Below are positions 8,979 through 17,871 of a DNA stretch of 20,000 nucleotides, in pieces. The stretch lies in IMG/VR virus record IMGVR_UViG_3300030388_001635; one strand, written 5' to 3'. Both the position numbers and the translations under genes were made by a program. The notes under the pieces are model-generated. The model ran no database searches and had not been told where the DNA came from. It was given only the letters and a program-made list of their open reading frames with translations. Numbering within the stretch: position 1 is the stretch's first letter; the number at the start of each line of letters is the position of its first letter. Origin of the DNA: an uncultured virus (IMG/VR IMGVR_UViG_3300030388_001635) (lineage: Duplodnaviria > Heunggongvirae > Uroviricota > Caudoviricetes > Crassvirales).

Positions 8979-11414
8979 TTATCTAGGGTCAAATTCTGCC
9001 ATATCAAAACCATCTAAGCTATCTTCATTAGACTCAAATGATTGAGGTGGTAAATTATTTTTCTTTTGATTTATAAGATTTGATTGTTGAGTATTTTGTT
9101 GGCTTATTCTTGCTGACTTAGATGTTTCTCTTTCTTTTTCTCTAGTTTGCATTAATTCTGCATCTACATTTCTAAGTTGCATGTTCATTTCAAATTCTTT
9201 ATCCATTAAACCTGCTTTTAATTCAGCTTCAACTTTTAATTTTTCAATTTCAAAAGCAACATCAGCTTGACGATATTGCATTTTCGCTTGAGCTTCCATT
9301 TGAATTTTTTGTTGAGAAATTTGACCTGCCATTTGTTGAGACTTTAAATTTTGAGCTGCAGCCATAGCTTGCTTCATAGCTTCTTTTTTATCGTCTTCTT
9401 CTTGCTTTCGTCTTCTTTTTAATTTTAATAATTGATTAGCTAATTTTAGATTTTTTAATTGTCTAATATCAATAGCATCTTCAAGGTTTATATCTCCTTT
9501 AGATAAAGCCATATTAATATTTTGCTCTAACAATTGTCTTTGTTCTTCATCAGGTGCTACTTCAATAAATATTCCAAAGTCATATATATATAAGTCTTGT
9601 ATATCATTTAAAATAGAAACATTAAACTTGCCTATTTGATTTATAAACTCATCTTTGAAATCCGAATACTCTAAAACATCTGCAACCCTATAAGATAAAG
9701 CTTCTGCTAAAGTTCTATATACATATAAACTTGCATCTAAAATATGTCTAGTTGCTGTGTTAGAATTTAAAGCTGCTAATTTCTGTACACCAACTAAAGC
9801 GTTAGGGTCAGGAGTAGAGCCATCTCTAGCTTCATTTAAACCTGTAACAGTTCTAATCATATCCATATAATGATTATAATTAGTAATTAACATTTGTGTT
9901 TTACTTGCACCACTACTAGATGTTAATTGTTGTATAGGAACTCTTGCTTGATTAAACTCTCCGTCTTGAGTATAACTTCTACCAACAACACTACCTGTTT
10001 GAAAATATAAACGTAAAGCATCTTCAGGATTATATGCTGCTCCCGTACCTAAATCTACTTCATTCAAACCATCAGCATCAATAAAGACTCCATCAGGAAC
10101 AACTTTAGCTATTACTTGTTGGAGTTTTAAATGTGTAATTTGAATTAAATCTGCAAATGGTATCATTCTTCTAGTTAAAGATTCTATAGAACCTTTATAC
10201 ATTCTTGGAGCTACAGCTACATAATTAGGTATAGCATGTTGTGAAGCGGATTTGGGACGTACCATGTTTTCTGATAACTTCCATTTTAAGATAAAATTAG
10301 TACCCATTACCATTACACCTTCATACCATACATCAATACGTTTGCTAACTTTTTCAAAATTACCTTCTTCCATTACATCTTCAGGAGGATTAAATTGGTC
10401 ATCTTTTTCAATTACCTTACTTCCTCCACCATCATATTTTTTCTTTTTATATACAAATTCTTTAGTAGTTTTATAATTAAAATACATAAGTGTTGCTGTA
10501 TCTCTATAAAAAATACTATTTTGAAAATATTGTGCAGTATTAAAATAATCATACCAACTTTGACTGTATTTACTTATTTCTTCTAAATCTTCTACAGTTA
10601 ATGTTGGCTGTATTTTTATCAATTCTGTTATTGGAACTGTTTTAATTTCGCCCCAATAAAAACAATCTTTAAAATGCTTATCTTCTGTATAACTATAAAC
10701 TACGTTTGCAGGGTCTACATATGAAATCTCAACACCTGAACCTAATAAAAATTCATGTTTTGCAACTCCAATACCTAAAACAGTAATATCATAATCAATT
10801 TGTTTTCTAATATCTTCGTAATGATTATCTTGAAACAAAGTATTAATAGCCTCTTCTTCAGCTATTTCAATAGCAGGCTTATAATTTAAATTCATATATA
10901 ATGACAACTCTTCATCTGTAGTTGGCAAACTATCTGCATTAACTATAAACGGGTCTACATTAAAATCTTTTTGTATATCTTGTAATATATCTTTTGCAGC
11001 CATTTGACCTTCCACTACATCTTGATATTTGCTTCTTTTTTGTTGAGACATTGCATCTTGCGCATACGCCTGTACTTTAAATAATCTGTCAGACATTCCA
11101 TTAACAACTATGTCTACAAACTTTGGTATAATTGGAACAATAGACCAATCTAAGTTTAGATAACTTAAATCTCCATCAATTGCTAATTCGTTTTTATATT
11201 TTCCTATTGACTGTTCACCTCTTGCATAAAGTCTTAATCGGTTGAACATTTGCCATTGACTATAATATCTACAACCAACTCCGTCTTTTCTAAACCACTC
11301 GTATTGAATAGCCTGTCCTATTTGTAACCCAAATGTTTCTGTTTCTTTTTCGGCATCTGTAACAAATTGACTAGGGAATCCTGCGGAAGTGATATCTATA
11401 TTAATTTCTTTCAT
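8979..11414 (-). CDS. Portal protein (crAss-like), 811 aa
   Basis: Directly follows TerL (TAA-ATG). Motifs RLYARGEQS..KYK, PIIPKFVDIVVNG and TGLNEARDGS.PD, plus a long Q/E/K-rich C-terminal coiled coil consistent with a portal barrel. Confidence 0.88.
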   Translation of the reverse strand: MKEINIDITSAGFPSQFVTDAEKETETFGLQIGQAIQYEWFRKDGVGCRYYSQWQMFNRLRLYARGEQSIGKYKNELAIDGDLSYLNLDWSIVPIIPKFVDIVVNGMSDRLFKVQAYAQDAMSQQKRSKYQDVVEGQMAAKDILQDIQKDFNVDPFIVNADSLPTTDEELSLYMNLNYKPAIEIAEEEAINTLFQDNHYEDIRKQIDYDITVLGIGVAKHEFLLGSGVEISYVDPANVVYSYTEDKHFKDCFYWGEIKTVPITELIKIQPTLTVEDLEEISKYSQSWYDYFNTAQYFQNSIFYRDTATLMYFNYKTTKEFVYKKKKYDGGGSKVIEKDDQFNPPEDVMEEGNFEKVSKRIDVWYEGVMVMGTNFILKWKLSENMVRPKSASQHAIPNYVAVAPRMYKGSIESLTRRMIPFADLIQITHLKLQQVIAKVVPDGVFIDADGLNEVDLGTGAAYNPEDALRLYFQTGSVVGRSYTQDGEFNQARVPIQQLTSSSGASKTQMLITNYNHYMDMIRTVTGLNEARDGSTPDPNALVGVQKLAALNSNTATRHILDASLYVYRTLAEALSYRVADVLEYSDFKDEFINQIGKFNVSILNDIQDLYIYDFGIFIEVAPDEEQRQLLEQNINMALSKGDINLEDAIDIRQLKNLKLANQLLKLKRRRKQEEDDKKEAMKQAMAAAQNLKSQQMAGQISQQKIQMEAQAKMQYRQADVAFEIEKLKVEAELKAGLMDKEFEMNMQLRNVDAELMQTREKERETSKSARISQQNTQQSNLINQKKNNLPPQSFESNEDSLDGFDMAEFDPR

Positions 11415-13658
11415 TTACAATATTTCGCTAATAGTTCCTGTGTTCGTGTATCTTGCAAAGTTAATGCTTATTTTTGACTCTTTTTTGATTGGTAAATATA
11501 AGTGTTTTTGATTTGCCATTATAGCTAACCCTGAACTAATCGTAGCATCAAACTTTGTTCTGTTAGATATATCAAATTTTGCCCAATCTTCTAATGTTCT
11601 TGTAAAGTACATAGAGCCCATATCATCTAGCTCTCTAAAGGACTCATCTAAATCCAATCCTACATGTTTTTCTATGTATGATTCTACAGCTGATGCATGT
11701 GATTGTTTTACATCTTCACTAGAGTTTGGAATACCTCCTAGTTCTCTTTCAGTTTTTGATAATTTATTAAATACTTTATCAGGTCTATTCATACTAAACC
11801 CTCTATATCCTCTATTTTTAAAGTGATACAATAATCTTGGCTTATTGTTTTCACACAATATAGGCATGCCATAAAACACACAAGCCATCAAAACTTCTTC
11901 AAAAAATATTTCAGCTGTTTGTGGTCTAGCTACATATTCTAAAAAAAATTCATTACTAGGTGCTTCGTCCATATTAAATTTAGTCATTCCATGCAAAGCT
12001 CCGTTAGAACCACCTCCACCAACAACTCCGGATATATCATATGAATCACAACCAAAAGAACCTATGTGTTCATTAGCAGGATATTTAATTCCATTTTTTA
12101 AATAAAATCTATTTTGCATTTCTTTTTTAGGAGTCCATCCTACATTAAATCTTCCTTTCTTGTCAGGTCTAAATATTACTTCTGTATCTTTAATACCGTC
12201 TTTCCAATAAAAACTTCCTCTTGTTGTATGATGTTCTATTATTAAAGAATCATTATAATCAATCTGTTGATATATCTTAGTTAAATTAAACAAAGACTGT
12301 TTACTTTCATCTCTAAATGCATGTGATTCTGTTCTAGGAAATTGTCTGTAGTATTCATTAAGAGCATCAGCATCATTTTTTAAAGAATCAACTTCGTTCT
12401 GCCAATACTCTATAGCACCGACTCTAATCTTCTGATTATCAATGCCTAACACAGGAGTTGAAGGAGAATGTAAAACAGGCATACCGTATCTGTCAATAAA
12501 CCCTTCCATATTCCATTCCATAGGAATAAACAAATTATATAAACCACTTTTAGTTTGACCGTTGGCATTTCTTTTTGTAGGGTCAGAGTCTTCAAATAAA
12601 TTTTTAAAATTATCTCCACCTTTACTTAATGCATTAGATGTTGAACCCATCATACATTTGCCAATTATTTTACTACCTAATCTTAAACAAGTTTTTGTAA
12701 CTCTCCAATTATTTAAAATATTATTAGGCTTTAACCATTTTCCACTTTCATCGTGAACTAATAATAAAAGTTTTTCACCATCATAGGAATTATCATCAGT
12801 ATTTTTCCAATCTATTGTAGTATCTAATCCATCAAGCTCTTCGCTTTCAACTAGATACATATTTTTTTTTGTAATTTTAGATGCAGGAATTCTAAATGCT
12901 AATTCAGTTTTTGGCTTATCCATTCCATCTTGAATAGGTTTAAAAAAGAAAGGTAAATTATTCCCAATAGGAACAACTTTATCTGTAAACATTTTTTTTG
13001 CATCAGAACCTGTTTTAGATAAAATACCTACTCTAGCATCCTTAGCTAATGTTCCTGTATTTATACATTCAGATGAACCCATAAAAGAAAACCCTGAACG
13101 TCTTATTTTTAAATAACATAATCCAAAACTTCTTTTATCAGCTTTGCATGCTTCCCAATAAATAAAAAACAACCTGTTTGCCTCTCTATAATCAGGAAAA
13201 CCTATATCTATTTTAGTCCATTGTAAATACACATAATGAGAACCTGTAATATATGTTGGTTTACCTTTATTATAAAACCAAAAACCTTCTTCTCTAAAAT
13301 CAAATTCCTTTTCAATATAATCAATCCATTGATTTTTAAAAACTGAGTTTTGATTGTTCCATTGAAATATAGAAGGAATTCTTTTTAAAACTTTAGGATA
13401 TTCATGTCTTTCCCAATACTGTTCGCTTGTCTTTTCCTTTCTTTTATTTATAAATTCAGGCTGTTTAGGAAGTGCAATATCTACACCATTCATTTGAATA
13501 ATCTTACCTATAGTTCCATTAGTTGATATAACAACGATTCCATATTTTTCGTCAAATCCATACTCCCAACTCTTTCTTTTGTTTTTATTAGTAAGAACAG
13601 ATTTTGGAATTACATCATATAATTCTGTATATAGTTTACTTAGACCTTCTTTCTGCAA
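11415..13658 (-). CDS. terL: Terminase large subunit, 747 aa (start uncertain: TTG at 13658)
   Basis: Walker A-like LKIRRSGFS, Walker B LLLLVHDESGKW, coupling motif MMGSTSN, RNase H-like nuclease motifs FGCDSYD, CENNK and FDATISSGLA. Size typical of crAss-like TerL. First in-frame ATG only at 13493. Confidence 0.92.
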   Translation of the reverse strand: MQKEGLSKLYTELYDVIPKSVLTNKNKRKSWEYGFDEKYGIVVISTNGTIGKIIQMNGVDIALPKQPEFINKRKEKTSEQYWERHEYPKVLKRIPSIFQWNNQNSVFKNQWIDYIEKEFDFREEGFWFYNKGKPTYITGSHYVYLQWTKIDIGFPDYREANRLFFIYWEACKADKRSFGLCYLKIRRSGFSFMGSSECINTGTLAKDARVGILSKTGSDAKKMFTDKVVPIGNNLPFFFKPIQDGMDKPKTELAFRIPASKITKKNMYLVESEELDGLDTTIDWKNTDDNSYDGEKLLLLVHDESGKWLKPNNILNNWRVTKTCLRLGSKIIGKCMMGSTSNALSKGGDNFKNLFEDSDPTKRNANGQTKSGLYNLFIPMEWNMEGFIDRYGMPVLHSPSTPVLGIDNQKIRVGAIEYWQNEVDSLKNDADALNEYYRQFPRTESHAFRDESKQSLFNLTKIYQQIDYNDSLIIEHHTTRGSFYWKDGIKDTEVIFRPDKKGRFNVGWTPKKEMQNRFYLKNGIKYPANEHIGSFGCDSYDISGVVGGGGSNGALHGMTKFNMDEAPSNEFFLEYVARPQTAEIFFEEVLMACVFYGMPILCENNKPRLLYHFKNRGYRGFSMNRPDKVFNKLSKTERELGGIPNSSEDVKQSHASAVESYIEKHVGLDLDESFRELDDMGSMYFTRTLEDWAKFDISNRTKFDATISSGLAIMANQKHLYLPIKKESKISINFARYTNTGTISEIL
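11456..11463 (-). promoter_or_regulatory. Candidate internal -7 promoter TAACTTTG in the terL 3' end, upstream of portal
   Basis: Plus CAAAGTTA, identical to the 8942-8949 box, 41 nt before the portal ATG, overlapping the codons for INFA. Confidence 0.5.
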
Positions 13659-13914
13659 AACCTTGATTGGTGTTAGTTTTAGTTAGACCTTTACTCTCAA
13701 TATTTATAACTTCTTGTTCTTGTTCTATTCTAGCTAATATTTCAAACGCATCAAATATAGCAAGTTTTTTTGTTGCAGCTGCATTTTTTAATCTATCAGC
13801 TGACACATCATCTTCAGTTCCTGTAACAATTTTTTCTTTTGCAACATTAATTAATTCTTCTACAGCTTTTTTTGCTGCATCGATAATTTTTAATTTTACT
13901 TCGTTGCTATTCAT
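13636..13914 (-). CDS. Putative terminase small subunit, 92 aa
   Basis: Small helical protein immediately upstream of and overlapping terL; ATGA overlap with the GroES-like gene. Function inferred from position only. Confidence 0.55.
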   Translation of the reverse strand: MNSNEVKLKIIDAAKKAVEELINVAKEKIVTGTEDDVSADRLKNAAATKKLAIFDAFEILARIEQEQEVINIESKGLTKTNTNQGFAERRSK

Positions 13915-14474
13915 AATTTAACTGTTATGAATTGTGACATAATACGATACATTAAAACTCCATCAACAGTAAATTCATATTCACTTTCGGGTTTAAAAAC
14001 AACTTCATCTCCGGCTTTTATTCCATGATAAATTAATTCTTTATTTGGATATCTAACAACACCAACTAATGGTTCGTATTTAACTATCTTATCTATATAA
14101 TATTCTTTACTCAATATAGGTTCTACAAAACAATATTTATCATGAGCATGCCATTCATTATTAGTCTTGTATAAAAAAAATTGGTCGTTTTCTATAAAAA
14201 ATAAATTGTCTTTAAAATAACTTTTACCACTTTTTTCAACGCCTTTCATGTCATAATATATTTTAAAAACATTATGATGAACTAAAAGAGTATCTCCTAT
14301 TTTTATAGGACCACAATAATTTAAAGGTAAATGTTTTACAACAGCATAACGGTTTGAAAATTTGTGGTCTTCCTGTGAAGTACTTACAATTAGTTCTACA
14401 TCGCCATGTGTTCTTGTGTTATCGTATCGTTTTCCTTTTAAAGGTTCTACGATAAAGCTGAAAGGTGATTGCAT
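13911..14474 (-). CDS. GroES/Cpn10-like co-chaperonin with two tandem domains, 187 aa
   Basis: Two copies of the GroES pattern: FIVEP...YAVV...IKIGDTLLV and CFVEP...VGVV...GIKAGDEVVFKPESEYEFTVDGVLMYRIMSQFI (compare typical GroES VKVGD.V.F..Y...E..IDGEE.LI....DI). Confidence 0.7.
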   Translation of the reverse strand: MQSPFSFIVEPLKGKRYDNTRTHGDVELIVSTSQEDHKFSNRYAVVKHLPLNYCGPIKIGDTLLVHHNVFKIYYDMKGVEKSGKSYFKDNLFFIENDQFFLYKTNNEWHAHDKYCFVEPILSKEYYIDKIVKYEPLVGVVRYPNKELIYHGIKAGDEVVFKPESEYEFTVDGVLMYRIMSQFITVKL

Positions 14475-14483
14475 TTGATTTCA

Positions 14484-14711
14484 TTAATTAAAGTTTATAT
14501 TAAATTCTATAGAAACAGGCATTGTTTCATTAAATTGTTTCCATAGTTTGATTTCGTTTTTTTGAATAACATAGATATTGTAACAAGAAATATCTGAGTC
14601 ATATTTAATTAAATGAATAGAATAGCTTCCACCTAAAACTTCTTGTCCTACTAAGTAATGCATAGCACCTGACTTATAATCAGGACCAACTGAAATTTTT
14701 CTAATATCCAT
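14484..14711 (-). CDS. Hypothetical phage protein, 75 aa (beta-rich)
   Basis: Fills the gap between the fibre and GroES-like genes on the coding strand, ATG start, short spacers; begins MDIRKISVGPDYKSGAMHY. Confidence 0.75.
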   Translation of the reverse strand: MDIRKISVGPDYKSGAMHYLVGQEVLGGSYSIHLIKYDSDISCYNIYVIQKNEIKLWKQFNETMPVSIEFNINFN

Positions 14712-14728
14712 TATATTAAATTTATAGA

Positions 14729-17563
14729 TTAGCTTAAGTTTTCTATTCTATATTGTATTTTTATTTTTACTGTACCACCACCTGTAGCTGTATTCGGTCC
14801 ACCTAAGTCTAACGCTTCATTAACTCTACATTGTCCATTATTATTATTGTCTGTATCAACTTTTGAGAGGTTTACATAAACATCAGCAGAACTATTTGCA
14901 ATCGTACTGTTAATAGCAGCAAAGGGTCTGTATATAGTTGCAGACGAACCTGAATAGCTAATGAATAAATCTGATGGTAAATTAAAAGCAGGAGATACAA
15001 AGTCTAAATAAAACAAAGCACTATCAACTACAAGAACTTGATTTGCACCCGGTGCAGCTACTAACTCTACCGGACTTGAACTTAAAGTTTTCATTGCTGC
15101 ATTAGAAATACTAATTGTTTTTGTTAAAAGGTCACTTGAACTTGCTTGAGCTTGCCATTCTAAACCTGAGTTTGATGCATTTTTAGCTAGTACCTGATTG
15201 GCTGTACCTACACTATTTGCTTCATCATTGATTTGGTCAACAAAAATATTCAACCATTTTTTAGTTGTTGTTCCTAAATTAACAGCTGAGTCTGTAACAG
15301 GAATAATTGCTCCTGTTGAATTTAACTGACCATTTGTAGTAATGTTAGTAGGTAAAGCAATTGTTAATGCTTGACCACTACCTGAAGTTACTATTTCATT
15401 AGTTGTACCACTTATAGTGAATGATTGACTAGATAAATTAACCGAAGGAGTTCCTGTATTAGAATCTCCTAAAAACTCTAATGAACCACTAACATAATTA
15501 GGAATATTTAATACTCCTGCAGATAATGTTGAGACTCCTGATGAACCTGTAGTTGTTAAACTTGTAAAATTTATAGCAGGAAAATCTAATAAATTACCTT
15601 GACCTGATATATATTCAGCTGCAGTACCTGCAAATGAAAACTCTAAAGAAGCAGCTACAGTAGGAGTTGTAACTGAAACATCTAATGCATCACCCGCTGT
15701 TGTTGCCGCTACACTTGTAACTGTTCCACTCCCCGATGTTGCATTCACCCACTCTAAACCGGTGTTAGCTGCATTTTTAGCCAATACTTGAGCCGCTGTT
15801 CCTAATCCGTCATTAGCATCTGCAATATCTTTTGTCCATGTAGTTTTCCATCTATTTCCGTCACCACCTAAATCTATCAGTTGGTCAGTAACAGGAATTA
15901 CATCACCCGTACTACTTAGTGTACCCGGTATTGTTAAAGCAGTAGGAATAGAAAATGTAACAGTACCACTTGCTTGTGTTGTTGTAATTTGGCTTGTAGT
16001 TCCTGCTAAAGTAACTACTTCACCATTAGCGATTGTTTGAGCTGTTGTACCATCAGTAATGTCCCATGAGGTCATTGAGCCTCCACCTGCTTGTGCTTGC
16101 CATTCTAATGCATTTGATGCATTTTTAGCTAGTACTTGATTTGCAGTACCTGAACTATTTGCACCATCCGCTATGTCTGTTGAAAATAATTTAGCCCATT
16201 TGTTACCCGTAGTACCTATGTTATATGTATCATTAGCTGTAGGCACTAATGCACCCCCACTATTGAATTGACCCGGAGTTGTTATGTTTGTAGGAAACGC
16301 AAATGTAACTTCTTGATTTAAAACAGTAGCTGTAAGTTGGTTTGTAGTTCCTGTAAATTTTAATTGTTCTGTTGGTAAATCTATAGCTCCTGTTGTAGTA
16401 CCGTCAGATATAGTTAATGTTTTATCGTTAGTGTTAGCTTCTTGCCTCCATTCTAAACCGGTGTTACCTACGTTCTTAGCTAAAATTTGATTTGCAACTC
16501 CAAAATTCCCTGTAGCATCAGCAATTTCTTTAGTGAAAAAGTTTAGCCACCTGTTTACTGAACTACCTAAGTTTGCAGATATATTAGTTGTAGGAATTAT
16601 TGCTCCTAATGAATTTAACTGACCTCTTGTAGTTATGTTTAGAGGTAAACGAATTGCAACTGATTGACCTGCAGGATTTGAAGTATCTATCTCATTGGAT
16701 GTTCCAACAACAGATAATGATTGTGTAGATAAGTCAACAGTAAAACTTCCTGAATTACTTGTTAGTACATTTAATGAATTACCTATTCCAACTGATGACC
16801 ACTCTAATGCATTTGCTGCACTTTTTCTTAAAAATTGATTTGCAGTACCTGAACTATTTGCATTATCTGCTATATCTGTTGAAAATAATTTAGCCCATTT
16901 CAATGCTGTTGTTCCTATATTAAAAGTTGTAGCTGTAGGAATTATTGGTCCTCCACTATTAAGTTGACCCGGAGTTGTTATGTTTGTTGGGAAAGCTATC
17001 TGCATTGTTTGTGCACCATCACCTGTTGTAGTGATTTGATTAGCTGTTCCTAAAATTCTTAAAGATTGTGTTGGTAAATTTACTGATGTAGTACTTGTAT
17101 CATATGAACCACCTAAATCATCAACAGTTGCTATAGCTGTATCTACATAAGTTTTAATAGCTAAGGTGCTAGCAATATTTGTGTTACTAGCACCTGTTAA
17201 AGCTATACTTGTTATAAATGATGTCCCTGATATTGCTCCATTGAAAACAGTTGTTCCATTAGTTGTGAAACTTGTTGGAACAGTTAATGTTATTACAGAG
17301 CCAACATCAGCAGATAAACTATCTATATTAGCAATTCCATCTATATATAAATTTCTCCATTGTAATGTTGGACTACCAATATCATATGTATCATCAATTG
17401 TAGGAATTAGCGAACCTCCTATATTACCAAATAAATAAACACTTAAAGCATCTACAGTAACTGTTTTAGTTGCTAAGGATGAATTGTAATCTGTTAATAT
17501 TAAATAATCGTCAGCTACCGGTGCTATATTTGGGTAACTTGTAGTATCGCTAATTTTTGCCAT
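14729..17563 (-). CDS. Repeat-containing tail fibre/spike-like structural protein, 944 aa
   Basis: T/S/G/N-rich, five ~116-117-aa repeats each ending GxAxQxLxK...LEW, short N-terminal anchor-like region and a ~135-aa beta-rich C-terminal domain. Confidence 0.75.
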   Translation of the reverse strand: MAKISDTTSYPNIAPVADDYLILTDYNSSLATKTVTVDALSVYLFGNIGGSLIPTIDDTYDIGSPTLQWRNLYIDGIANIDSLSADVGSVITLTVPTSFTTNGTTVFNGAISGTSFITSIALTGASNTNIASTLAIKTYVDTAIATVDDLGGSYDTSTTSVNLPTQSLRILGTANQITTTGDGAQTMQIAFPTNITTPGQLNSGGPIIPTATTFNIGTTALKWAKLFSTDIADNANSSGTANQFLRKSAANALEWSSVGIGNSLNVLTSNSGSFTVDLSTQSLSVVGTSNEIDTSNPAGQSVAIRLPLNITTRGQLNSLGAIIPTTNISANLGSSVNRWLNFFTKEIADATGNFGVANQILAKNVGNTGLEWRQEANTNDKTLTISDGTTTGAIDLPTEQLKFTGTTNQLTATVLNQEVTFAFPTNITTPGQFNSGGALVPTANDTYNIGTTGNKWAKLFSTDIADGANSSGTANQVLAKNASNALEWQAQAGGGSMTSWDITDGTTAQTIANGEVVTLAGTTSQITTTQASGTVTFSIPTALTIPGTLSSTGDVIPVTDQLIDLGGDGNRWKTTWTKDIADANDGLGTAAQVLAKNAANTGLEWVNATSGSGTVTSVAATTAGDALDVSVTTPTVAASLEFSFAGTAAEYISGQGNLLDFPAINFTSLTTTGSSGVSTLSAGVLNIPNYVSGSLEFLGDSNTGTPSVNLSSQSFTISGTTNEIVTSGSGQALTIALPTNITTNGQLNSTGAIIPVTDSAVNLGTTTKKWLNIFVDQINDEANSVGTANQVLAKNASNSGLEWQAQASSSDLLTKTISISNAAMKTLSSSPVELVAAPGANQVLVVDSALFYLDFVSPAFNLPSDLFISYSGSSATIYRPFAAINSTIANSSADVYVNLSKVDTDNNNNGQCRVNEALDLGGPNTATGGGTVKIKIQYRIENLS
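15155..17095 (-). repeat. Five intragenic ~350-nt repeat units in the 944-aa fibre gene
   Basis: Terminal Trp codons of the LEW motif at 16799, 16448, 16100, 15749 and 15155 (spacings 351, 348, 351, 594 nt). 16835-16900 and 16136-16201 are identical at 62 of 66 nt. Confidence 0.9.
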
Positions 17564-17833
17564 TTATTCTACTTTTTCTAAAGGTTTAGTCTCGGATTCT
17601 GCAGCTACATCTTCAGCAGATTTTACTTCTCCTGTTTGCATATTAATACTGCTATCTTTTCCGTATTTCTTAATCATACTGTTTTCAATAACTGCAAACT
17701 CTTCTTTAATAGTATCTATTCCTTTACATAACTGATATTGCATTAATATGCCATCAGCTATTTGAATTTTAGCTTTGTTAAATTCTGTTTGTTTGTCTTG
17801 AATTGATTTTAATTCTTGGTCTGTTAATTTCAT
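17564..17833 (-). CDS. Small coiled-coil protein, 89 aa, possibly a fibre assembly factor
   Basis: Heptad-like helical N-terminal two thirds then KYG...INMQTGEV; lies between fibre genes, stop directly adjacent to the next ATG. Confidence 0.7.
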   Translation of the reverse strand: MKLTDQELKSIQDKQTEFNKAKIQIADGILMQYQLCKGIDTIKEEFAVIENSMIKKYGKDSSINMQTGEVKSAEDVAAESETKPLEKVE

Positions 17834-17871
17834 AATTGATTTAATTTTATTTGTTATACATTAATTTGCAA

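Noticed and set aside
6338..13658. Introns, inteins or homing endonucleases in terL, portal or MCP
   Set aside because: ORFs are uninterrupted and of expected size, with no intein (C...HN) or LAGLIDADG/HNH motifs noticed.
16136..16990. Near-identical repeats as a DGR template/variable pair
   Set aside because: Three of four mismatches in the 66-nt tract are A/G on the coding strand, but flanking mismatches are not adenine-specific, both copies are in-frame mid-gene units, and there is no reverse transcriptase in the window.
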